A DNA stretch of 64,000 nucleotides, taken from positions 70,552 to 134,551 of the IMG/VR virus record IMGVR_UViG_3300045988_148900. One strand, given 5' to 3'. Position numbers and translations under genes: made by a program. The stretch is from a virus. Shown one piece after another: positions 53,701 to 61,754 of the stretch (positions are counted from its first letter, which is position 1; each line of letters starts with the position of its first letter). Below the pieces are notes generated by a model. That model searched no databases, was not told the origin of the DNA, and saw only the letters and a program-made list of their open reading frames with translations.

Positions 53701-54428
53701 AAAGACGCCTTCTTACTCAACTCCTCCGTAACAGACGCCTGTGACATGATAAGATTAGAACTATTACCAGTCGTATCTACAACAGCATCAACACCAACCT
53801 TCTGGAGAAGCTCCTCAGTAACGGCATTCTGAGACAGGACAGCAGTAGTACTGTTACCCGGACCCTGAACAATCTCAAAAATATCAACCTGATCTGCAAT
53901 ATACTGCTTGAGGTTATCCGTAGTGACAAAACCACTCAGAAAATCTATAACCTCAGGAAGCGTGTCGATGCTCAAATCAGGAACTGCCGTAAACGAGTCA
54001 ATAGTATAATCAAGATTCTGTGACAGCTCCGTGGAATTGAACGTCTTATACTTCATCTCCCCAATAGCCCCAACCTGAGAAATAAAGAGTAAGTCCTTCT
54101 CGTAAAGATAAGACACCGTAAGCAAGATAGGATAATATCCGGCAGCCCGCAAGGACAAAACCAAAATGCTATTCTCCTGCCCAAGAACGACTGACAAATA
54201 AAAAGCATCTGAAACCCCCGAAGCCATAGGCTCCGAGTCTACAACACCATCTACGCTCCGATAAACATCATACATGACAGAACTGCCAAACGACTGACAT
54301 ATACGAAGTAATACCGACTTCTCCTGAAAGGACAATGAAAGTGATTGGGCTGTAGAAGCAACTAAACCCGCAACGGCACTCATCTGAGCAACAGGACTCT
54401 CCAAGGGACGATAAGTTACAAGAGACAT
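50706..54428 (-). CDS. modular tail fibre protein
   Basis: Eight modules of about 100 aa, each with Q.L(T/S)..Q...A..N(I/L)G motif; ATG at 54428, 20 nt below the promoter word. Confidence 0.7.
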   Translation of the reverse strand: MSLVTYRPLESPVAQMSAVAGLVASTAQSLSLSFQEKSVLLRICQSFGSSVMYDVYRSVDGVVDSEPMASGVSDAFYLSVVLGQENSILVLSLRAAGYYPILLTVSYLYEKDLLFISQVGAIGEMKYKTFNSTELSQNLDYTIDSFTAVPDLSIDTLPEVIDFLSGFVTTDNLKQYIADQVDIFEIVQGPGNSTTAVLSQNAVTEELLQKVGVDAVVDTTGNSSNLIMSQASVTEELSKKASLESVTESISIHNTSSTSHADIRELLNTCVGLPAYDSSSYKITFTTLAGASVEIDLPIEQLALRYNAETESIEFDNADGTTTSIPVSAFVKEYVGSIGDRIQISIDENNVIHATVLKNSIDWDCLSVDLQARINDHVTSADFASKVVRTDIAQSLSLSAQNQALENIGADLMIIDLVNGQATLTDDQEDRLLSCKGVILRGTVAAGKEVLTKIYFSDYQGGDQVSFWAVRNNRYILQCIYTKSTKLFRFLTSASFIDPNAVSIKMQTLSATEQAQAFANLGMKVYVTDSSFLGSTLSAEEIEQVAASKVLLFTDTGDLFLLGTLDSNRITFTRSVSNSIIAILSITRSTGVVSALNSYNFQDALSLHFTVQNPALTSAQQEQAWSNLGLDLVVLKFPEGATSVVLTDEEDAKLLAGAAVLLTVDGTNTGVGIYNADNHIFTSSNFASVPEPIFYSLWSNTLALYCSYKKASKTFVFNGNLFLNDPGALRFDRLTSLSGAQQSQAFENLGWKVHVISESAIGSSDAVSDDEKAARLSATALLVQETGLLYNFSITSGGSRRFYGQFSNSFCTALNVNEATGVITSSFAYLYDPSAVSFDRDQSSVSDDNKNKALGNIGIDLVRIPYSLLGTTLSDEMLAVVDNARGIVLVDTPSDYRNPTVFIKGNNTSGSCIFVSFVTGNTYSIFALNKSTKLLSGLSSGLTYGGSVRYAEVQNLTTSQQDTALSNIGLDFVIVDYSELATTLSDDRLSQLVNAKGIILTNTPDDYIRSVVFTVGSKLVSTITFSSIENFQDINYFVLNIPNKTLSLVQTSKLVVSNLNQNLTNTQKDMALSNIGLPLVHVDYSLIGSTLDDSTYNKLLTAKGVFLENVPDGNNAPSLYFVGSSNTVTTTFVSEFNARVWFVLTLSHTSKKLSLISAGYATDVVRYSEGQNLTDTQKNTVLSNIGLDFVQVDYSLLGTILDDSTAAVVENANGIVLTNTPESYSKASVFLKSVYSNNII

Positions 54429-54448
54429 GCGCAACACAATTATTTAAC

Positions 54449-54461
54449 GGATATATAATTG
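54449..54461 (-). promoter_or_regulatory. phage-specific promoter word, extended CAATTATATATCCGTTAAAT
   Basis: Exact; 20 nt above the tail-fibre ATG 54428; terminator 54495-54523 upstream. Confidence 0.6.
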
Positions 54462-54494
54462 CTACCCCACCCTACAGACATTAAAACATAACTA

Positions 54495-54523
54495 ACAAAA
54501 GCAGACCACATTAAAGTGATCTG
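54495..54523 (-). terminator. rho-independent terminator
   Basis: CAGATCAC-TTTAAT-GTGGTCTG (one G-U) then CTTTTGTT. Confidence 0.55.
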
Positions 54524-54537
54524 TAACTCCTACGTAA

Positions 54538-54792
54538 CTAACTCTCCTGTCGCATCCGTCGAAGAACTTCCTGCCACTCGCAATCCATGTCGCGCCAATA
54601 GGTATAACCCTCCGGAGTCATACAAAACTGAAAGGCCTCGAGAATGTAAAAAGGAGGCCGACTGACCGGATCACAAACATAGGAATGAAAAGACTGACGA
54701 CCCAAATTAAACGTGAACTTCTCGAAAGCTCCTCGATCCTTCAGAAAGGACTCAAATGCAATAACAAATCTGTTGTTAACAAGCATGACCAT
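54538..54792 (-). CDS. hypothetical small protein (paralog of 63219..63482)
   Basis: Shares F.F..TPEG..(Y/F)W....CEW(Q/E)(E/D).LR with the other copy. Confidence 0.5.
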   Translation of the reverse strand: MVMLVNNRFVIAFESFLKDRGAFEKFTFNLGRQSFHSYVCDPVSRPPFYILEAFQFCMTPEGYTYWRDMDCEWQEVLRRMRQES

Positions 54793-54916
54793 TAATAGCT
54801 AACCCAAGTGAATGTCAACAAAAAGCATCGGCGTGAAGACAGTATTAAACAAATAAGCAATATCCTAACAGTGAGCCGACTCGACAACTCGGATGATACG
54901 TAAAACTCTAAAATGC

Positions 54917-55387
54917 CTACTCAACGTGAATTTGAATCCCACGACCAGAATCCCACGTAGACTTCAAAAGAGAGTACAACTTCTTAAACGTCTCACTGCT
55001 CTGCATGACTGCACCTACAACCGTATTGCGACCCACAAGAATACAACCATCCGTATCCTCCGGATAATTGCCGATATGAATGAGAATGCCCTCAAAGCCC
55101 GGAACCCCTACCAAACGTGGCAAGTAACCATCACAGAACGAATACTGAGCACGCTGAGAATACTTAGGTGACTTAACGTTCAATGTGACAGAATAAGTAC
55201 CACGAGGAATAGCTGTCTTACCATAAACCTTCTTCGAAGCAATCTCCGACTCTGACATGTCAGCGGTAAGACCCCTATCCACATCCTCCATCGTGTCGCA
55301 GAAAAACTCACCATCGACATACAATTTCCCGATGGTATACTTCGGTCCCTTAAAATGCCGATCCAAAAACAAATGCAAGTCTTCCAT
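54917..55387 (-). CDS. DUF5675-like protein (possible cell-wall-active enzyme)
   Basis: ..IPRGTYSV......LPRLVGVPGFEGILIHIGNYPEDTDGCILVG resembles the DUF5675 / YkuD-like H.G....GC signature. Confidence 0.4.
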   Translation of the reverse strand: MEDLHLFLDRHFKGPKYTIGKLYVDGEFFCDTMEDVDRGLTADMSESEIASKKVYGKTAIPRGTYSVTLNVKSPKYSQRAQYSFCDGYLPRLVGVPGFEGILIHIGNYPEDTDGCILVGRNTVVGAVMQSSETFKKLYSLLKSTWDSGRGIQIHVE

Positions 55388-55392
55388 ATCCT

Positions 55393-56010
55393 CTATTCAC
55401 TAAATGTTGCTGATATGCCATAGAAACCAACCGCCTTGCCATAACACAAGGCCACACGTGCAAGATGATCTACACCCGGAGGAGTCGTAGGCTTATTAAG
55501 TGTTAAAGCCACAGATACATCCCACACTCCAGCAGTAGAAGACTCAGCATAAGTAATAGCTCCTACTGAAACCCAGTAATCAGAAGCCACAAGCGCAGGT
55601 GCATGGCGCACAAAAGTAGTGCCGAGATCGTAGATAGAAGCTGACAACGTATCAACATGAGCTAAAAAATTGGGATATGATACTGTGAACTTAGCAACCT
55701 GCGTGGATGGATTATCACTATAAACATGCACATACTTATTCGACGCCGTACCTGTAATAACAACACCACCCTGTGTGAAGGTTAAAACCGACGGTGTAAA
55801 ACCAGACGGAGGACTCGTCAAGTCAAAAGTGAGACGCATCGTGCGGGTATAAGACGTCAGATTATCTGTATACGACAAGGAAACAGACTTATTAAGAACA
55901 TCCTGTGACGGGACGACCGTCACAACATCATCCGTACCATCATTCCATGGAATAGATAATGGCCCAGTGACCGATAAAACCTTAGCTTGTTTAACTATTC
56001 TTTGTGACAT
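55393..56010 (-). CDS. BACON/Ig-like structural protein
   Basis: ATG at 56010 chosen (alternatives 56034, 56070); overlaps the upstream stop. Confidence 0.45.
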   Translation of the reverse strand: MSQRIVKQAKVLSVTGPLSIPWNDGTDDVVTVVPSQDVLNKSVSLSYTDNLTSYTRTMRLTFDLTSPPSGFTPSVLTFTQGGVVITGTASNKYVHVYSDNPSTQVAKFTVSYPNFLAHVDTLSASIYDLGTTFVRHAPALVASDYWVSVGAITYAESSTAGVWDVSVALTLNKPTTPPGVDHLARVALCYGKAVGFYGISATFSE

Positions 56011-57982
56011 ACAAATAATCCGTTGAAGATCCATACCTACCGTATACCAAGTTCGTCGGGTAATAACCATCTGACGGACGGAAATAAGTCCCAGTACCTA
56101 CTGCCGTAAGACGATAGTACACCTGTACCGCAACAGTCGACTCCCAGAACTGCGGAACCCACCTATCCGACGACGCTACCCAAGAGTTAAAACCACTCTC
56201 AATAGTCATAGTATAATCCCCGGAAACCGCCTCCAAAAGACTGGAAATAGGAATTGCAATAGCAACCTGAGCCCCACCACTACTCAAAACAAGAATAGAG
56301 TTTGACTCAATAGTCCGAGTATGACCATCGTAGGACAATACCAATGTCGCCTTCGCGTAACTTGCATAAATAGACTCCCACTCACTCGTGGGAACTACAA
56401 AGTATAAACTACCAAACTCTGTAAAACCGCGACCAGTGCGATAAACACTAAAATGGTAAATTTTATTTGATAAATTAACATTGTTGCTGAAGGTGACCGT
56501 AATGGCGTTGTCGTACTCCACATATGAAGAGCCCCCACTTGAAATCACACGCCGCGTATAACTAAGTGTTCCCGGATAAAGACACGTCGAACCACCTGTA
56601 ACAACCATACCATTAACAGCGGTATCCTTTACCGCCTTATAATGATTCGACGCAGAAAGAGAGCTTCCCACAGAAACATCGAAATCATCTACAGAAATAG
56701 TAGTATCTACTGTCTTAGTATAACCAGAAACGTATGTCAAAACTCCATGAAGAATGAACTGATAGCGCACAACGGCATCATAAGGCTCAAGCAAAATAGA
56801 AGTCTGGACAGGACGCGAACTACCACCTGCATCCAGATCCAAATAATACAAGGATGACTGCTCATCGTAAGTATTAGCATCCCGGGTGATATGACCCGCA
56901 TCTAAGGCATAATATGACATAGCAGCCGTATAGGTAGCATGAAGACTAAAGTAAGCACCGAAGGATGCCTCAGGGACTGCTGGAACATTCTCGTCCGCAA
57001 TAATAGGGCTGGCGCAAGTCAAAACATAATCTACACCGCCAACATCATTAGCCTCCGTAGTTAACCCAAGACCACTCCCATCAAAGACCATGGGATAATC
57101 CGAAAATGGATGAGAAGCCGATACTGACACTGCGAAGCCTTCCGGAAGCGTGACATCTGAACCTATATAAGCCTTCTCGATACTCCCATCTGTGTAAACC
57201 TTCTCCACATAGGGCCTATGAAACCGACAAGTGTAATTATACTGCCTATTGTAGGCATAACGCAACTTCCGAGAAGCATGGGACGGGGACGCCATAGGCT
57301 CCTGATTCAGCAAAGGCGCAAACTGATCATCATTGCTACTCGTAAGCGAATAAGCCTCGTAACGTATCCAACCCCAATTGCTGAAAGTAACAGCACCCTG
57401 TGAAACCGTAGTCGACGCCCGAAGCTGACCCTGCTGAACCCAAATCTCCGCAAAGTTGCCCGCAACACTCGTATTATCCCACGACGACAACGTCGTAACC
57501 GTAATCGAAATAGTCATCCCAGAAACAACAGGCTCCGAAACAGAATACAAACTATCATTAGACGTCCCATACTGAAGCCAGTTAACCGGGTCCTGATCCT
57601 CAGTGTAAATAGACGCGGTAGTAGTGAAAGTCAAAGTCGTACTAACACCCTTCTTTGCACTAAACACATAAGACGCAGCAGACGCAGACAGACTATTAGC
57701 ACGCTGGCGAATGCGAATACGAGACCGAACCAGACTATCAACACCATCGGTGGTGTCGTAAATATCAACAGACCGCTCTCGAACTAAAGCAGAAAAGTTC
57801 TCAGGAGAATAAACCTTAACTGTATCCAAAGGACCAGTCGTGCCTGACGAATCCAAATAAAAAGAATCTGAACTCCCATCCCCCCAAGCATAACCTGACG
57901 CAGAAACCAAAGATCGCGGAACAGCTGCACCAGAACCAGAAGAAGGAATGTTTATTGTCTTAACAGAACGCCTGCGAGCCAT
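55991..57982 (-). CDS. large structural protein
   Basis: ATG at 57982, 18 nt below the promoter word; the track N-terminal 44 codons translate a hairpin, a G10 run and the word (NYIS). Confidence 0.6.
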   Translation of the reverse strand: MARRRSVKTINIPSSGSGAAVPRSLVSASGYAWGDGSSDSFYLDSSGTTGPLDTVKVYSPENFSALVRERSVDIYDTTDGVDSLVRSRIRIRQRANSLSASAASYVFSAKKGVSTTLTFTTTASIYTEDQDPVNWLQYGTSNDSLYSVSEPVVSGMTISITVTTLSSWDNTSVAGNFAEIWVQQGQLRASTTVSQGAVTFSNWGWIRYEAYSLTSSNDDQFAPLLNQEPMASPSHASRKLRYAYNRQYNYTCRFHRPYVEKVYTDGSIEKAYIGSDVTLPEGFAVSVSASHPFSDYPMVFDGSGLGLTTEANDVGGVDYVLTCASPIIADENVPAVPEASFGAYFSLHATYTAAMSYYALDAGHITRDANTYDEQSSLYYLDLDAGGSSRPVQTSILLEPYDAVVRYQFILHGVLTYVSGYTKTVDTTISVDDFDVSVGSSLSASNHYKAVKDTAVNGMVVTGGSTCLYPGTLSYTRRVISSGGSSYVEYDNAITVTFSNNVNLSNKIYHFSVYRTGRGFTEFGSLYFVVPTSEWESIYASYAKATLVLSYDGHTRTIESNSILVLSSGGAQVAIAIPISSLLEAVSGDYTMTIESGFNSWVASSDRWVPQFWESTVAVQVYYRLTAVGTGTYFRPSDGYYPTNLVYGRYGSSTDYLYVTKNS

Positions 57983-58000
57983 GAATAAAAGGAATTTAAC

Positions 58001-58013
58001 GGATATATAATTG
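58001..58013 (-). promoter_or_regulatory. phage-specific promoter word, extended CAATTATATATCCGTTAAAT
   Basis: Exact; 18 nt above ATG 57982. Confidence 0.55.
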
Positions 58014-58059
58014 CAGAATAGCCCCACTCTATAAATAAGCAAAGGAGAGTACCTAAGTA

Positions 58060-58069
58060 CCCCCCCCCC
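58060..58069. repeat. C10 (G10 on the coding strand) homopolymer in a hairpin loop
   Basis: Arms cctaagta / tacttgg flank the run; intergenic between 58099 and the promoter word at 58001. Confidence 0.7.
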
Positions 58070-58098
58070 TACTTGGTATACAAAAACGACCACTCTGT

Positions 58099-58746
58099 TT
58101 ACGCAATCGACCAATCGCTATTAGAAATCACCTGAAATGAAGCCCCATTGTCGGAACCACCTTTCTGACCAAGAGTAATCGATGCCGTCGTGGTACCCTC
58201 CTCGTTGATGTACAGATAAGCGTCACCAGCATTCTGAGTAATAACCGTCGAGTGATACTGGCCTGCACCAGCAGACGTGCCGCCATTGTCGGCCACATTT
58301 AAAGTGGCAGTACGATTACTGATCGTGGTATTCTCCGGAACGGAGAAAACAATACTAAAGTCGTAAGCTGCTACAGCACCCGGGTCTCCCGTAATCGCTG
58401 CACCGTTAGTCACAGAAACCCCACCGGCAGTGTAATTCTCCGGAAGCGTAATAGGAAGCGACGGAGAAGCACCAAGAGAGAACGTGAGCTTGGTGGAATT
58501 CGATCTACCCGTAATAGTGAGATTACCTCCCCCTTTGCCGATAGACGACGTGTTAGAAGTAAAGGTCACAAACTCTGCCAACGGAGTCTGAGCAGCCGTT
58601 ACAGTACACGGGGCAGGACCCGTAGCGGAAATCGTCATCGCATACGACCGCGCAACACGACCAGTATGCTCCGTACCAGTACAATTTACAGTTTCATTAC
58701 TATTTCCCGACATCGGGACAATAGTCAACCAAGCAGGCTTTGCCAT
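58099..58746 (-). CDS. BACON-like domain protein
   Basis: PAWLTIVPMSGNSNETV....GRVARSYAMTISA....CTVTAAQT and a second unit ending TVITQNAG. Confidence 0.45.
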   Translation of the reverse strand: MAKPAWLTIVPMSGNSNETVNCTGTEHTGRVARSYAMTISATGPAPCTVTAAQTPLAEFVTFTSNTSSIGKGGGNLTITGRSNSTKLTFSLGASPSLPITLPENYTAGGVSVTNGAAITGDPGAVAAYDFSIVFSVPENTTISNRTATLNVADNGGTSAGAGQYHSTVITQNAGDAYLYINEEGTTTASITLGQKGGSDNGASFQVISNSDWSIA

Positions 58747-58771
58747 AACAAAAAGAGTTTAAACTAAAAAA

Positions 58772-59650
58772 CTATTCTATATTCCAAGATCGATTGCTAA
58801 AAACATCAAAACTACCGCTCGACCCATTCGGGCTCGCAAGCCAAACAACGCTCGGATCAACATGCAAGTAACCATCCTTGTCGAAAATGAAGGCAGCATG
58901 CGGATTCCCCCTAACCGCCAAATCAAAACCTCCCGCACTACTCAAAAGAGGGGCATCATAAGCATCCTGAAAGCCTAACCACAACGAACTATCATACCAC
59001 TTCGAAACAACAGACGACGCAGGAGGCGTAGTAGACCAAACATCACTTACAAGGTTGCAAGGAAGATACTCCCTAATACAGCGCAACGACGAACCCGAAA
59101 CCTTAAACTCCGACGGCAGCACATACGACACAGGATCTCCCTGATTCCACATGCGCTTAAATAAAGATTCGTCAACAACAGAATTAAACAAACTGAAACG
59201 CTGAACAACACCACTAAATAAATCCGAACCTCCTAACCCCGAACCAATATTCAACTCCGACGAAATGAAAGACTCGGACAAAGTCGGAGAGTAAGCATAA
59301 GATACCCCATTTATGTTCAACGACACCGCGCCAAACTCTGAAATGGAAACCCCTACCACATACTGCTGATGAGGACGCACTACGAAGCTATACTCATCGT
59401 CTACAGGAAAAAGAGAAGAATCCTTAATGTAAATGCCAAAAGGACGACCCGCATAGCTTCCAAAACACTCAACATACTGAAGCGTGGCGACATCAGACCC
59501 CGTCGCAAAAACAACCCACTTGGTGAACGGAAACACAAAAGAACTACCTCCATCCGCCGAATAGAAAGACCCGGACGATGTATCAGCACCCTTGTGATGA
59601 GACCTAACCTGACAGGCTGCAACAGGTAACGACAAACTATGCGACAACAC
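58772..59650 (-). CDS. LamG/concanavalin-like domain protein
   Basis: FSGVVQRFSLFNSVVDESLFKRMWN resembles the LamG f.G.i...r.yn..ls..e motif; GTG start. Confidence 0.35.
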   Translation of the reverse strand: MLSHSLSLPVAACQVRSHHKGADTSSGSFYSADGGSSFVFPFTKWVVFATGSDVATLQYVECFGSYAGRPFGIYIKDSSLFPVDDEYSFVVRPHQQYVVGVSISEFGAVSLNINGVSYAYSPTLSESFISSELNIGSGLGGSDLFSGVVQRFSLFNSVVDESLFKRMWNQGDPVSYVLPSEFKVSGSSLRCIREYLPCNLVSDVWSTTPPASSVVSKWYDSSLWLGFQDAYDAPLLSSAGGFDLAVRGNPHAAFIFDKDGYLHVDPSVVWLASPNGSSGSFDVFSNRSWNIE

Positions 59651-59658
59651 GATAACCC

Positions 59659-60597
59659 CTAATTAAAATAGTAAATGACAGCACGACCATTCAAAAACTC
59701 TATAGCATACTGTCTATTCGCTGAAAGATCCTGCCACCCCGCAACCGGAATCAAGGAACCCCAATCTATAGTGGTGCCATTAGACGACGTGGTGAAATAA
59801 ACAACAGACAGCTTAGGAGAACTCTCTATAGACGAAAAAGTCAAAGAACTTAAAACACCGCAATTGTAAATACGATACCCCTCTACTGCAATAGTCGGAG
59901 TAGGACCATCGACCGTTACAATTGTAGGAGACGACAAAGTCGCAAGCTCCCGCGTGACTGCAGCCTGAGACATCACGGCAGTCGTACTGCTACCCGGAAC
60001 CTGAACAACCTCAATGGACGAACCACCGCCACCCAAACCCGTTAAAAGCAACCACGAATCCGTAGAAACAACACTCTGCTGCTCGCGATTATAAACAAGA
60101 CGAAGAACCCGAACACACTTAGCAGACGAGATAGTCTCTGTATCAAACCCCGGATTGCCAAACTGAACCGACAGAATATCAAAAACCCCAGACGCCGAAT
60201 CGGACGAAACAACCCAGTAATAAGCCTTGGCGGACGACGTAACCGTACTCACACCAACACAGTCCAAAAGCCAACCCTCCCGGAACCAGTCACACAGAAT
60301 ATTAATGACCTTCTCCATACGAGTGTCCGGAACAGGAGGAGCCGGAGGTGTGGGAGCCGGAGGACAACAACATGACGAACAAGACCCAGAACCTGTCGCA
60401 GGACGCACAACAGGCATCTCATACTCCGACGTCAAAAGAAGATCATCCGGGATGTTATTCGTGGACGACGAACACACAATATGAGGTCGGTCAGACTCAC
60501 TCCCTAACCCGGAGATCAACTTCTGGTAATCTGCACTCGTCAAGTTCCCAGACGAGAACATGGCGGTCAAATACGGTATTAACTGAGAACGAAACAT
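59659..60597 (-). CDS. hypothetical structural protein
   Basis: ATG exactly 20 nt below the promoter word; strong terminator just upstream of the word. Confidence 0.55.
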   Translation of the reverse strand: MFRSQLIPYLTAMFSSGNLTSADYQKLISGLGSESDRPHIVCSSSTNNIPDDLLLTSEYEMPVVRPATGSGSCSSCCCPPAPTPPAPPVPDTRMEKVINILCDWFREGWLLDCVGVSTVTSSAKAYYWVVSSDSASGVFDILSVQFGNPGFDTETISSAKCVRVLRLVYNREQQSVVSTDSWLLLTGLGGGGSSIEVVQVPGSSTTAVMSQAAVTRELATLSSPTIVTVDGPTPTIAVEGYRIYNCGVLSSLTFSSIESSPKLSVVYFTTSSNGTTIDWGSLIPVAGWQDLSANRQYAIEFLNGRAVIYYFN

Positions 60598-60617
60598 GCC
60601 AACACTTTGAATTTATG

Positions 60618-60630
60618 GGATATATAATTG
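60618..60630 (-). promoter_or_regulatory. phage-specific promoter word
   Basis: Exact; 20 nt above ATG 60597; strong terminator 60645-60680 upstream. Confidence 0.6.
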
Positions 60631-60644
60631 CTTAACCCCAGCAA

Positions 60645-60680
60645 CAAAAAAAAGTGAGCCCAGTATAAACTGGACTCACT
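60645..60680 (-). terminator. rho-independent terminator
   Basis: 11-bp stem AGTGAGTCCAG/CTGGGCTCACT (one G-U) then T8; a weaker hairpin plus T7 lies just upstream at 60686-60717. Confidence 0.75.
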
Positions 60681-60702
60681 TACGATAAAAAAAGAAACGC
60701 CC

Positions 60703-61017
60703 CTAAAAAGCCGTCTCTACAAAATGGACATCCGCAAGCAACGCCGAAGACCGAAAAGGATAAAGACCATCCTCACGTGGCTGAAGAAGCAAAATACTAT
60801 CAGGATACCCTAAAAGATCCCGAAAACAAGCCATTTCACCATCCTCGCACACAAAAGTCCCCGTAACCCACCGACGCGGATTGAATGACAGAGGAGCCTG
60901 AAGTAAATAACGACGACCCGGAATAAAAGACTTCACGCGCGTGTCATGCCTAACTGAATGCATAACTCCCCGAAGATCTGGTAAGACCTCAAATCTGAAA
61001 CCACGAACACTACTCAT
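60703..61017 (-). CDS. hypothetical protein
   Basis: 104-codon ATG ORF followed by tandem terminators. Confidence 0.5.
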   Translation of the reverse strand: MSSVRGFRFEVLPDLRGVMHSVRHDTRVKSFIPGRRYLLQAPLSFNPRRWVTGTFVCEDGEMACFRDLLGYPDSILLLQPREDGLYPFRSSALLADVHFVETAF

Positions 61018-61026
61018 AGCTACACT

Positions 61027-61266
61027 CTAAAACCTAATATTAAGATTTGATAACTCCTTAGAACTCAATAGCTTAGCTCGATCTGAGGAAATATAACGAA
61101 AATGTATATCTCCACAGATGACCCACAAAACAGGAGGCTGCTCCTCATGTGTCTCCACCAAAACAATTCTGCCTACATCGCCATCCTTCTAAGAAGAATA
61201 ATTAGAATACGCAGAAATAGCATCCGGCTCAACAGTCACATAGGAACCAATTAACCCATCACGCAT
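61027..61266 (-). pseudogene. 79-codon ORF interrupted by an in-frame TAG at 61189-61191
   Basis: MRDGLIGSYVTVEPDAISAYSNYSS-TAG-KDGDVGRIVLVETHEEQPPVLWVICGDIHFRYISSDRAKLLSSKELSNLNIRF; no ATG after the TAG. Confidence 0.4.
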
Positions 61267-61270
61267 AGAT

Positions 61271-61750
61271 CTACTTCATTGCATCGTGATACACCTCCTT
61301 ATATGAGGACTCAGGAACTCTCACCATATCACGATGGATAGTCCGAAGCCACTCATCTTCTACGTTAACATACAAGCTATCTTGTGTCTCAATAATCCCC
61401 GGAATCTGACACTTAGGATCACGCAAACCTAAGAGCAACCCTACATAAGACATAGAAACCGTAGGTAGGGATTCTAACTCCACCCAAATAGTCCTACCAA
61501 GCTCCGACGACGAAGGAATAAAGTGATTAAAATTAGAACACTTAACCCAACCCGACATATCAGCGTCACTCCAAAACTCCGTAGGCAAAACCGGACCAAC
61601 AACATGAGTGGATTTATGCTTATAGGACTTAATTGAGTACTTCCGCACAAAGCAATCCTCTAAAACTTTAGCTGCATCTCGACACTGAGCCCACATGAGA
61701 AGCTGACAACCAAGCTCAGACGCACAAGGTATTCGATAATAAACATTCAT
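61271..61750 (-). CDS. hypothetical protein
   Basis: 159-codon ATG ORF. Confidence 0.55.
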   Translation of the reverse strand: MNVYYRIPCASELGCQLLMWAQCRDAAKVLEDCFVRKYSIKSYKHKSTHVVGPVLPTEFWSDADMSGWVKCSNFNHFIPSSSELGRTIWVELESLPTVSMSYVGLLLGLRDPKCQIPGIIETQDSLYVNVEDEWLRTIHRDMVRVPESSYKEVYHDAMK

Positions 61751-61754
61751 GGAA

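Noticed and set aside
385-60635. Dozens of plus-strand ORFs of 60-240 codons in the track (for example 385..1002, 14042..14770, 21242..21442, 40930..41520)
   Set aside because: The plus strand is T-poor, so stop codons are rare there by composition alone. These ORFs overlap long minus-strand genes, give low-complexity T/K/R/N/Q/P-rich translations and carry no motifs. Only tnpA (from ATG 21443) is credible.
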